Assembly (NCBI GenBank): GCA_052139675.1
Contig: JBKQWE010000085.1
Coordinates: 1 to 64,000, forward strand
Direction: 5' to 3'
Length of the DNA stretch: 64,000 nucleotides
From: Candidatus Brocadiia bacterium
GTDB lineage: Bacteria; Planctomycetota; Brocadiia; CAIUPP01
Below are positions 1 through 8,435 of the stretch, piece after piece. The notes under the pieces were generated by a model. The model did no database searches. It had not been told where the DNA came from and saw only the letters and a list, made by a program, of their open reading frames with translations. The position numbers were made by a program, and so were the translations under genes. Positions within the stretch are counted from its first letter, which is position 1. Every line of letters starts with the position of its first letter.

Positions 1-199
1 CGCGTGAGCGGCGCACGGGGTGTGAGATTCCTCGCTACGCTCGGAATGACGCTCGCCACTTCAGTGGCTCTTTCCGCGACTTTCAGTCGCGACTCAACCT
101 ACCGCCTTTAGGCGGTAGTGGTTTAGAGGACGATTCAAGGGCAAATTCCGGCTTGCGCGGGCGCATTTCTGCGTTGATGTTTCCAGAGGGAGGAGACAG

Positions 200-2179
200 A
201 TGCACGCGGAACTGGCGACTCAGTCGTCGTGGCTCTGGCTGATCATTCCCGTCGTAATCATTCTCTTCTTCTGCCTCGTCCTGCCCTCGATCAGGGTCAT
301 CGGGCCGACCGAGGTCGGGCTTGTCATCAAGAGATTCTCCAGGAAAAAGCTCTTGACGGACTGCCCGATCGCGTTCGCAGGAGAGGCCGGATACCAGGCG
401 CAGCTCCTGATGCCGGGCTGGCGGTGGAAGTTCTGGGTAGTTTACAAGGTGGCCAAATATCCCTGGGTGCAGGTGCCGGCCGGCGAGCTGGGCGTGGTGA
501 TCGCGCAGGTCGGCGAGCCGCTTCCCATCGGAGCGAAGTCCGCTGTTTACAAGAAGGAGTTCGGCAACTACACGGACCTGAAGAATTTCATCGCGAAGGG
601 CGGCCAGAAAGGCGTCCAGCGGCCGGTCCTTCCTCCGGGCACGCTGGCGCCGATCCATCCGGTGGCATTCCTGGTCATCACCAAGGCCAATGTCTACGGC
701 GAGCCGATCTCGCCGGACATCCAGCGGATGGCCGCCAGAGAGAGACTGACGCCGAAATCCTTCGGCCTGAATCCTTCGCAGCTTGAGGTGGTGCGGATCG
801 AGCCTCTGCCGGACCCCAGCGGAAAGGTGAGAGACACCATCGGGATCGTCACGATCTTCGAAGGTCCGCCGCTAGCGGCGGGCGACATCGCAAGCCGGAT
901 CGGAGGTTTCGCGGACGTTGAGAAACTGGAAAAGGCCGGCACGAACGACAATCACCTGATTGAAGTCGCCCTCGGCACCAAGAACCACTTGCACAATAAT
1001 TATCAGGACCTCCAGGCTTTTCTGGACAACGGAGGCCGGATCGGCCTGCAGTACGATCCGCTGCTCTACGGCGCCTACAACCTGAACCCGTTCCTCGTGA
1101 AGGTCGAATTGGCTTTCATGCTGGTGGTGGAGCAAGGGCAGGCGGCGGTGATCAAGTCGTACGTCGGGCTGCCGACGGAGGACACCTCCGGGCTGGAGTT
1201 CAAGTTCGGGTCGCTGGTGAAGCCGGGCCATCGCGGCATCTGGGAGGAACCGCTTCGGACGGGCAAGTACCCCATCAACCCGCGTTGCTACCAGTGGGAG
1301 ATCGTGCCGACGGCGATCCTCACGCTGAACTGGGCTGAAGCGGTGTCCGAAGCCCATCACCTGGACGCACGGCTCGAATCCATCCGGGCCAAGAGCCGCG
1401 AAGGGTTCGAATTCCAGATTGACCTGCAGGTCCAGATCCACGTCCCGGACGTGAAGACGCCGCGAGTCATCTCGATGGTCGGCACGATGCAGAACCTCGT
1501 CAACGAGGTCCTCCAGGCGGCGGTCGGCAATCACTTCAGAGACCGGCTGCAGGCGCTGCCCGCCGTCAAGTTCATCGAGACCCGGCAGGCCGTTCAGGAA
1601 GAGGCCTTCCTCCACATCAAGAACAAGCTGGACGAGTACGGCGTCGAGACGAAAGGCGTGTACATTCAGGACGTCGTTCTTCCCGAGCAGATCGTCAGCG
1701 TGCTGACGGCCCGCGAGATCGCCAACCAGGAAATCGAGACCTTCAAGAAGCAGCGCGAGGCGCAGGACCAGAGGATCGAGACCGAGAAATCCAGGGGAAC
1801 GGCGGACATGCAGACGTCTCTGGCCAAGTCCGAAGTCAACATCAACATCGAGCAGAACAACGCGAATGCGAAGAAGGCGCAGGCGGACGGCGAAGCCTCT
1901 TATATCCGGCAGACCGGAGAAGCGGAAGCCGCCAAGACCAAGGCGATCGGCATGGCCAACGCGGAAGCCTATACCGCCCAGGTCAATGCCCTCGGCCAGA
2001 TACCCACGGCGCTGGTCAACATCAGCAAGGAGCTGGCGCGGGAGAAGATCAAGATCGTCCCGGACATCCTCGTCGCCGGCGGCGACCTGGGCGCGTTCCA
2101 GGGCCTGGCCGCCGCGCTCACGAAGAATCTCCAGGCGAAGTCGGAGCCGAAAGCGGCGCTCCCCAAGGCCGGAGAATAG
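200..2179 (+). CDS. SPFH/band-7 domain protein, flotillin-like
   Basis: 659-aa ORF. N-terminal hydrophobic anchor (WLWLIIPVVIILFFCLVL), an SPFH-like core (GPTEVGLVIKRF...), and a long C-terminal Glu/Ala/Lys/Gln-rich coiled-coil tail as in bacterial flotillins. GGGAGGAG RBS lies just upstream of the ATG at 200. Confidence 0.7.
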   Translation: MHAELATQSSWLWLIIPVVIILFFCLVLPSIRVIGPTEVGLVIKRFSRKKLLTDCPIAFAGEAGYQAQLLMPGWRWKFWVVYKVAKYPWVQVPAGELGVVIAQVGEPLPIGAKSAVYKKEFGNYTDLKNFIAKGGQKGVQRPVLPPGTLAPIHPVAFLVITKANVYGEPISPDIQRMAARERLTPKSFGLNPSQLEVVRIEPLPDPSGKVRDTIGIVTIFEGPPLAAGDIASRIGGFADVEKLEKAGTNDNHLIEVALGTKNHLHNNYQDLQAFLDNGGRIGLQYDPLLYGAYNLNPFLVKVELAFMLVVEQGQAAVIKSYVGLPTEDTSGLEFKFGSLVKPGHRGIWEEPLRTGKYPINPRCYQWEIVPTAILTLNWAEAVSEAHHLDARLESIRAKSREGFEFQIDLQVQIHVPDVKTPRVISMVGTMQNLVNEVLQAAVGNHFRDRLQALPAVKFIETRQAVQEEAFLHIKNKLDEYGVETKGVYIQDVVLPEQIVSVLTAREIANQEIETFKKQREAQDQRIETEKSRGTADMQTSLAKSEVNINIEQNNANAKKAQADGEASYIRQTGEAEAAKTKAIGMANAEAYTAQVNALGQIPTALVNISKELAREKIKIVPDILVAGGDLGAFQGLAAALTKNLQAKSEPKAALPKAGE

Positions 2180-2194
2180 TCGGCGCCCTGACGA

Positions 2195-3154
2195 TCAGAC
2201 CGCGAGCTTGCCCTGTTCGAGCAGGCACTCGATGCACTCGCGATAGATCTGCTCGGTGGTGTAGCGCGGCGAATAGCCCAGGAGCCGCCGGCCTTTCTCG
2301 ATGCTGGCGCACGGTGAGTGGCTGATGTGCTCCAGCGTAATCCCGTAGTTCTTCTCGCCGACGGCCTCGCGGTATCGGTCCAGCGGCAGGAATTTCAGGT
2401 TCGGCTTCCTGCCGAACAGCGTGGCCACCGAGTTGCAGCAGCCCGCGAGCGTCATGGCATAGGGCGCCACGGCGCTGAAGCTCTGACCGAGCGCCGCCTC
2501 GCGGCGGGTCATGGCCAGCTCGAAGAGCTGCGCGACGTCGTCCCCGTGAACATGGTGGAGCCTGCCCAGCCCCATCTCGGGCAGGCAGACTTCCTGCCCG
2601 GTGGCCAGGCGCTCGTATACCTTGACGCCGTCGCGGGTTCCCTGCGGATCAATCGGCAGCCATCTGCGGCCGGAGATGTGCCCGGGATGGATGACGGTCG
2701 CCGGGAATCCTTCCTCGCGATACTTGCGCAGCAGGAACTCCTCGATCTTCGCCTTGTCCGCGCCGTACGGCGTGATCGGCTTGCGCGGAAAATGCTCTTC
2801 GTAAGGGACTTTCTCCGGCGGGCCGTAAGCCCAGACCGTGCCGCAGTGAATGAAATGCCCGATTCTGCCCTTGAAGGCGTCGTACATCTGGTGATTCTGT
2901 CCGAGCGTAAAGCAGAGCATGTCCATGACGACGTCAACGTCTATCTTCGCCATCCGCTGCGGCCACGTGCCGTCGGACTCTCCGGCGGTTCGGTCGGCCA
3001 GGACCCATTCCACCTCCGACCAGCCGAGCCGCGCGTCGGCGTACTGCGGCTGCGAGTGCCGCGCGACGGCCGCAACGGTGTGGCCTGCCTGGACAAGCCG
3101 CGGCACCAGGTAGCTTCCAATGTGCCCGGTCGCGCCGATGACGAGTACTCGCAT
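2195..3154 (-). CDS. NAD-dependent epimerase/dehydratase (SDR family)
   Basis: 319 aa. N-terminal Rossmann motif MRVLVIGATGHIGSYLVPRL, typical of extended SDR sugar epimerases. Confidence 0.85.
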   Translation of the reverse strand: MRVLVIGATGHIGSYLVPRLVQAGHTVAAVARHSQPQYADARLGWSEVEWVLADRTAGESDGTWPQRMAKIDVDVVMDMLCFTLGQNHQMYDAFKGRIGHFIHCGTVWAYGPPEKVPYEEHFPRKPITPYGADKAKIEEFLLRKYREEGFPATVIHPGHISGRRWLPIDPQGTRDGVKVYERLATGQEVCLPEMGLGRLHHVHGDDVAQLFELAMTRREAALGQSFSAVAPYAMTLAGCCNSVATLFGRKPNLKFLPLDRYREAVGEKNYGITLEHISHSPCASIEKGRRLLGYSPRYTTEQIYRECIECLLEQGKLAV

Positions 3155-3196
3155 GATCCTCCTCCTCCAAGTTGCGGTTTTCTGGATAGAACTGAT

Positions 3197-3294
3197 CCTC
3201 GTAATCGTAATCTTACTCGTAATCGTAATCGCCGTTTTGCGTCTCGACTAGAAGAAGTCCGGTTACGATTATGATTACGATTACGATTACGAAG
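3197..3294. repeat. Hexanucleotide-stem hairpin element, CGTAAT subfamily, copy A
   Basis: Left arm cctcgtaatcgtaatcttactcgtaatcgtaatcg, a loop of about 30 nt, and right arm ttacgattatgattacgattacgattacgaag. The arms are reverse complements built from CGTAAT/ATTACG hexamer units. Sits in the divergent gap between the epimerase and the spermidine-synthase-like gene. Confidence 0.8.
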
Positions 3295-3407
3295 CCGCGC
3301 TGTCAAGTTCCAGGCTCCCGATTTCGGCTTGCGGAACCGGCCGGGATATGTAGAATATCACCCGCGTGGCTCACGAGGGTATCGAACGGCCGGTCAACTG
3401 GGAAATC

Positions 3408-6212
3408 ATGGCCAACTCGGCGCCGCTCCAGAACGCTCCTCCGGGAACGAATCCTTCCTCGACGCGCCTGCTCCTCCTGCTGCCGCTGTTCATGGGCAGC
3501 GGGTGCGCGGCATTGGTGTACGAGATCGTGTGGCTTCAGTTGCTGCAACTCGTCATCGGCTCCACGGCGGTTTCGCTGGGAGTGCTGCTCGGCACGTTCA
3601 TGGGAGGCATGTGCCTGGGCAGCCTGCTCTTGCCGCGGCTGATCTCCCCGAAGCGCCATCCGCTGCGGGTCTACGCGGCTCTGGAACTGGGCATCGGCGT
3701 GATTGCGCTGGCGGTGCTGTACGGCATGCCGCACATCGAGACGCTCTATACCGGCGTCGCGGGCGGCGGGTGGATTGCGTCGCTGGCGCTGCGAGGGCTG
3801 ATGAGCGTGGTGTGCCTGCTGCCGCCGGCGATGCTGATGGGCGCGACGCTGCCGGCGCTCTCCCGCTGGGTGGAGACGACGCCGGAAGGCGTCTCGTGGC
3901 TGGGCTTCCTGTACGGAGCGAACATCGCGGGAGCGGTGGGCGGGTGTCTCCTGGCCGGGTTCTACCTGCTGCGCATCTCGGACATGGCCGCGACGACCTA
4001 TTTCGCGGTGGCCGTCAATCTGACCGTAGCGGCGATCAGCGTGGCGTTGTCGGCGGTGTGGCTTTATCGGCCGGTCGCCGTCGCCCCGGCGGCGGCGGAA
4101 TCCGGGGACGCAGCCGGCCCGTGGAGCGTGTATATCGTGATCGCCCTGTCCGGGCTGACGGCGCTGGGAGCGGAGGTGGTCTGGACGCGGTTGCTCTCGC
4201 TGCTGCTGGGAGGCACGGTTTACACGTTCTCGGCGATCCTGGCGCTGTTCCTGCTGGGCCTGGGGATCGGCAGCGTGGGCGGCTCCTTCCTGGCGCGGAG
4301 GGCGCACCCGCGGCTGGCGCTCGGATATGCCCAACTGTTCCTGGCGGGCGCGATCGCCTGGGCGGCCTGGGCCCTCACGGACTCGCTGCCGTTCTGGCCG
4401 ATCAACCCTTCGATTTCCGTCAGCCCATGGTTCACGTTTCAGTTGGACCTGCTTCGGTGCCTTTACGTGGTGCTGCCCGCGGCGATTTTCTGGGGAGCGA
4501 GTTTCCCGCTGGCCCTGGCGTCCGCCGCGCGCCCGGGGCAGGACCCGGGACGGCTGGTGGCGGGCGTCTATGCCGCGAACACCGTCGGCGCGATCGCGGG
4601 CGCGCTGGCCTTCAGCCTGCTGTTGATCCCCGTGATCGGCAGCCAATGGTCGCAGCGGATCATGCTCATGCTCGCCGGCCTGTCGGCGGTCGTGTGCCTG
4701 GCCCCGGAGGCCTGGCGGCGGCTGCGCGCGCGCGAGGGGATTCCGGCGGAGCGCGCCTCGGCGCTGCCGGCGATCATCGGCCTCGCGGCGGCCGTGGCGC
4801 TGATGCCGCTGCTGACCTGGCGCGTTTCGCCGATGCCGTGGCTGACCGCCGCCTTCGGCCGCTTCTCCGGCACCTACGTCCCGGAAGTTTATCCCGGCGT
4901 CCTCGATCTGAAGGAAATCGAGCTGCTCAATTTCGCCGAGGGCTGGCACGTGACTCTGCGAGCTTCTCCCGACGGCGCCATACGGTACGAGCCCCAGACC
5001 AGCGGCGAAGCCGGCCAGGCGCTGGTGTCGGCCTCCAAGACGGTCATGGACTCCTGGATCGCGGCCAATCGCGCGCAACTGCTCTCCGCGCTGCGCAAGG
5101 GGCAGGCTTTTGAGCGGCAGGAACCGTCTTCCGCCGCGTACGGCGGCGGCGCGGCGACCTGGCACTGCGCCCTTGTGCGCGAAGGCATGAACGTCACCGT
5201 CGCCGTCACGGAGGACAAGGAGAGTTATCGTTATTTCCACGGGGCCGGCAAGGTGCAGGCCTCCACGCACCCGCAGGACATGCGCCTGCAGCGCATGCTC
5301 GGACACCTGACGGTGCTGGCGCGCAGAGATCCCGATGCGGTGCGGTCGGTCCTCGTGGTCGCCTGCGGCGCGGGCGTGACCGCCGGTTCGTTCGTGCCCT
5401 ACGACACCGTCCAACGGATCGTCATCTGCGACATCGAGCCGATCGTGCCCAGGGACGTGGCGCCGATGTTCGCCAAGGAGAACTACAACGTGGTGACGGA
5501 CCCGCGCACCCGGGTGATCCTGGACGACGGGCGGCACTTCATCCGCACCACGAAGGAGAAGTTCGACGTCATCACGTCGGACCCGATTGACCCCTGGGTC
5601 AAGGGCTGCGCCGCGCTGAACACGCGCGAGTACTACCAGATGTGCAAGGACCACCTGAACCCGGGCGGGATCGTCGCGCTCTGGTTCCCGCTGTACGAGA
5701 GCGACCCGGCGACCGCCAAGAGCGGGATCGCGACCTTCTTCCAGGTGTTCCCGAACGGCATCATCTGGAGCAACGACTCTTCGGGCGAGGGATACGATAC
5801 GGTGCTCTTCGGGCAGGTGGACCCGGCCGAAAAGATTGACGTGGACCGCTTGCAGGACTGGCTGGAGCTGCATCCGAAGGTGCGGCAATCGCTCGAGGAC
5901 GTGAACTTCGGGCAGCGCCGCCCCGTCGGAGAAGCCCACGGCGAAAAGCCGGAGGTTTCCGTTGACCTGCTCTCGACCTACGCCGGGCAGGCCTCGGACC
6001 TGGCTGGGTGGCTCGTCGGCGCGCAGATCAACACCGACATGAACCTGCGGCTGCAATACCTGGCGGGGCTTACATTGAACCGCAACTCGAGCCAGGAACT
6101 GCTCGACGATATCCTTCTTTACTATAAGTTTCCGGACAACCTCTTCGGGGGCTCCGAAGAGCGCATGGCGGCCCTGAAGAAGACCCTGGCGGCGGCCTCG
6201 CGGAAGCCGTGA
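3408..6212 (+). CDS. Fused polytopic membrane domain + spermidine synthase-like (polyamine aminopropyltransferase fold) + C-terminal TPR-like region
   Basis: Multiple TM helices in the N-terminal 450 aa. Then a PABS/SpeE-like methyltransferase-fold block (VVACGAGVTAGSF...ICDIEP...LDDGRHF...FDVITSDPIDPW...LNPGGIVALW). Start could be ATG 3366 or 3408; both lie just after repeat A. Confidence 0.7.
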   Translation: MANSAPLQNAPPGTNPSSTRLLLLLPLFMGSGCAALVYEIVWLQLLQLVIGSTAVSLGVLLGTFMGGMCLGSLLLPRLISPKRHPLRVYAALELGIGVIALAVLYGMPHIETLYTGVAGGGWIASLALRGLMSVVCLLPPAMLMGATLPALSRWVETTPEGVSWLGFLYGANIAGAVGGCLLAGFYLLRISDMAATTYFAVAVNLTVAAISVALSAVWLYRPVAVAPAAAESGDAAGPWSVYIVIALSGLTALGAEVVWTRLLSLLLGGTVYTFSAILALFLLGLGIGSVGGSFLARRAHPRLALGYAQLFLAGAIAWAAWALTDSLPFWPINPSISVSPWFTFQLDLLRCLYVVLPAAIFWGASFPLALASAARPGQDPGRLVAGVYAANTVGAIAGALAFSLLLIPVIGSQWSQRIMLMLAGLSAVVCLAPEAWRRLRAREGIPAERASALPAIIGLAAAVALMPLLTWRVSPMPWLTAAFGRFSGTYVPEVYPGVLDLKEIELLNFAEGWHVTLRASPDGAIRYEPQTSGEAGQALVSASKTVMDSWIAANRAQLLSALRKGQAFERQEPSSAAYGGGAATWHCALVREGMNVTVAVTEDKESYRYFHGAGKVQASTHPQDMRLQRMLGHLTVLARRDPDAVRSVLVVACGAGVTAGSFVPYDTVQRIVICDIEPIVPRDVAPMFAKENYNVVTDPRTRVILDDGRHFIRTTKEKFDVITSDPIDPWVKGCAALNTREYYQMCKDHLNPGGIVALWFPLYESDPATAKSGIATFFQVFPNGIIWSNDSSGEGYDTVLFGQVDPAEKIDVDRLQDWLELHPKVRQSLEDVNFGQRRPVGEAHGEKPEVSVDLLSTYAGQASDLAGWLVGAQINTDMNLRLQYLAGLTLNRNSSQELLDDILLYYKFPDNLFGGSEERMAALKKTLAAASRKP

Positions 6213-6237
6213 GCCTGTCTCGGCGGCATCACTGGTG

Positions 6238-6373
6238 TTTCCTTGCGGAAACAGGCGTCCTATTTCCGCAAGGAAGCATGGCCGCACTAAGCCCTGTCAC
6301 GTTAGTGAGTTATGCGTTCCGTTGGACCGTGTTGAGTTGCGTAAATTTGCGCACCCAATTACGCAACTCAACA
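6238..6373. repeat. About 140-bp double-hairpin intergenic repeat (R2), copy 1
   Basis: Hairpin 1 is ttccttgcggaaaca-ggcgtcc-tatttccgcaaggaa. A conserved spacer gagttatgcgttccgttggaccgtgtt follows. Hairpin 2 is gagttgcgtaaatt-tgcgcaccc-aattacgcaactc. Lies between the stop codons of convergent genes (6212 and 6374). Near-identical copy at 14069-14205. Confidence 0.75.
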
Positions 6374-6892
6374 CTAGAGCTTCAGCGCGGGCAGGCCGGA
6401 CTGCACCCGGGTAAGCAGCGACACGAGCGCCTTGCGCTCGGAAACGGAAAGGCCGTGCATGAGCGCCGACACCCTGCCGGCGTGATCGGGCAGGAGTTTC
6501 TCGATGAGCCGCCGGCCGGCCGGGGTGAGCGCGATGGGCGTCACCCGGCGGTCGTCGCCGCTGGCCTCGCGCTTCACGTAGCCGTCGCGCTCAAGTCCGT
6601 CCACGAGGCCGGTGATGTTGCCCTTGGTCACCCCGTACAGTTCCGCCAGCTCCGAGTGGGAGAGCGCCCTGGGCAGATATTCCAGCAGCAGCCCCAGCAC
6701 GACGTATTTGCCCTGGCTGATCCCGTAGCGCGCCAGGTTGGTTCCGATGGCCGCCGAAACCTCGTCGGCGACGCCCAGCAGCACGTGGACCGCCCGGACC
6801 GCGGTGGGGTCCAGCGACGGAAAGCGCTCGGCGAAGCGCTTCAGCCGCTCGTATTTCGGGATGCGATGAACCACCCAGCGTTTCACGGCCAT
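6374..6892 (-). CDS. MarR family transcriptional regulator
   Basis: 172 aa with a winged-helix core (LSHSELAELYGVTKGNITGLVDGLERDGYVKREASGDDRRVTPIALTPAGRRL). Confidence 0.9.
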   Translation of the reverse strand: MAVKRWVVHRIPKYERLKRFAERFPSLDPTAVRAVHVLLGVADEVSAAIGTNLARYGISQGKYVVLGLLLEYLPRALSHSELAELYGVTKGNITGLVDGLERDGYVKREASGDDRRVTPIALTPAGRRLIEKLLPDHAGRVSALMHGLSVSERKALVSLLTRVQSGLPALKL

Positions 6893-6904
6893 CAGCCGCC
6901 CCTC

Positions 6905-6945
6905 GACTAAGCTGCGTATAGTATATCAGTCAATAGTATAGCTTC
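6905..6945 (-). promoter_or_regulatory. Candidate marR promoter/operator with direct repeats
   Basis: gtATAGTATAtcagtcaATAGTATAgc lies 20-50 bp upstream of the marR start. On the sense strand it reads TTGACT-N17-TTAGTC with ATACTAT repeats overlapping the -35. MarR proteins typically autoregulate through such sites. Confidence 0.35.
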
Positions 6946-7175
6946 CAAGAGCATTTCCCGGTTTTTCCTCCCGTCAGCTCACGCAGCGCGCTCGCCTCCC
7001 GAAGAACGACCCTCAGGCATTGACCTCCGGCTAGATACGATACGTACCTAGTGTGGTATCCCGGGAAGAAATTAACCACGCGCGGTCTGAACTTCTGCGT
7101 GGTACTTTTGGCCGCGATACCCGGTCACGGAAGGGGATTGGCGAGGTGGCCGGCGAGGTTCGTGCCGTCGCGCGC

Positions 7176-8201
7176 TCAGCGGAGAAGACGCTTCAGCGTG
7201 CGGAGCGTGAGGGCGATGTCGCGAGCCGAGATATCCAGATGCGTCACGGCGCGGGCGCGGTCGGGAGCGGTCAGCATGATCAGGATTCCCTTCGCCTTCA
7301 GCGCGGCCACGGTCTCCTGCGCTTTCTGCGGGCCGGCCCGGAATCGGAAATAGATGAGGTTCGTCGGGAACTTGCCCGGATCAATCTCGAGCGCCGGGAT
7401 TTCCGCCAGGCCCTCGGCGAGCCGGCGCGCGTTTGCGTGGTCCTCGACGACGCGCTCCACGTGATGTTCGAGCGCGTAGATGCCGGCCGCCGCGAGATAG
7501 CCGACCTGCCGCATGCCGCCGCCGAGCATCTTGCGGCACCGCCGCGCGCGCTCGATGAAATCCGCCGGGCCGGCGAGCATCGTCCCGACCGGGCAGCCGA
7601 GGCCCTTGGAGAGGCATTGCGAGACGGAGTCGCACAGCCGGCCGTACTCGCGCGGCGTGTGGCCCGTCACGGCGGCGGCGTTCACTAGGCGCGCGCCGTC
7701 CATGTGCAGCCGGAGCCCGCGCGCCTTCGTCAGCCGCCGAAGTTCGCTCACCCGCTGCAGCGGGTAGCAGGTGCCGCCGGCGCGGTTGTGAGTGTTCTCG
7801 ACGGTCACCAGCCGGCTCAACGGCTGATGGATGTTGAGCGGGCGGATGGCCGACTCCACCGCGGCGGCCGTCAGGATGCCGTCGGGCATGTCGAGGGTGC
7901 TGAACATCACCCCGCAGAGCGCCGCGCCCGCGCCGACCTCGTAGTTCACCGAGTGCGCGCCCCGGTCGAGAATCACCTCGTCGCCCGGCTGGGTCCAGCT
8001 CTTGATCGCGACCGTGTTGGCCATCGAGCCGCTCGGCATGAAGAGCGAGCGCTCCTGGCCGAGGAACTCCGCCGCCATTTCCTCGAGGCGGATCACGGTC
8101 GGGTCGTCGCCGAGGACATCGTCGCCGACCTTGGCGCGCATCATGGCGCGGAGCATGCCCTGCGTCGGCCGCGTTACCGTATCGCTGCGAAGATCAACCA
8201 T
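7176..8201 (-). CDS. ltaE: Low-specificity L-threonine aldolase
   Basis: N-terminal MVDLRSDTVTRPT matches the canonical threonine aldolase start. PLP fold-type I features (SGSMANTVAIK... HMDGARL). The ORF track extends to 8270 from a TTG, but the internal ATG (Met24 of the track ORF) is the likely start. Confidence 0.85.
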   Translation of the reverse strand: MVDLRSDTVTRPTQGMLRAMMRAKVGDDVLGDDPTVIRLEEMAAEFLGQERSLFMPSGSMANTVAIKSWTQPGDEVILDRGAHSVNYEVGAGAALCGVMFSTLDMPDGILTAAAVESAIRPLNIHQPLSRLVTVENTHNRAGGTCYPLQRVSELRRLTKARGLRLHMDGARLVNAAAVTGHTPREYGRLCDSVSQCLSKGLGCPVGTMLAGPADFIERARRCRKMLGGGMRQVGYLAAAGIYALEHHVERVVEDHANARRLAEGLAEIPALEIDPGKFPTNLIYFRFRAGPQKAQETVAALKAKGILIMLTAPDRARAVTHLDISARDIALTLRTLKRLLR

Positions 8202-8435
8202 TGGAATCTCCACTGCACGAGGGGAAAGCGTCGGATGTCGTATTGTGACGACTGGGGCCGCAGCCGTCAAGCGATTCCGCGGCGGGGCGGTCTTGACATT
8301 GCTCTCGATTTCGCCATAAGATGAAGGGCGAGGGTGGCCGGCAGGGAACTCCGGCCCGATGGCCGCGAACCTTCCGAGGGGACGGCGCGGCCGAGGCGAA
8401 CCAGCCTGACGACAATCCAGGGAAGGAGACTATCC

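Noticed and set aside
1-199. Two short hairpins at the window start (tcgcgactttcagtcgcga; ctaccgcctttaggcggtag) as terminators or elements
   Set aside because: Short stems and no U-tract. Cannot be related to the other repeat families. Context upstream of the window is unknown.
2941-3306. ORFs whose products contain RNRNRN, ITITSK, DEDEDE or RPRPRP runs (also 14763-15326, 17697-17894, 27129 upstream part, 31504-31752)
   Set aside because: These are in-frame translations of the hexanucleotide-repeat hairpin arms, not genes. Real neighbouring genes start or stop outside the elements.
3303-6287. 994-aa minus-strand ORF antisense to the spermidine-synthase-like gene, plus similar long antisense ORFs on both strands (872-1615, 8430-10151, 10868-12091, 15328-16536, 16636-17820, 18567-19994, 22280-24316, 25240-27141, 26934-28292, 28832-30397, 30235-31458, 36493-37398, 42232-44040, 45079-46944, 47317-48366, 48245-49264, 49696-50982, 51711-52847, 52963-54045, 56770-58797, 61505-63703)
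   Set aside because: Translations are Arg/Ala/Gly/Pro-dominated and low-complexity with no domain signatures. Each fully overlaps an opposite-strand ORF that has clear family motifs, signal peptides or RBSs. Long stop-free antisense frames are expected at this GC content.
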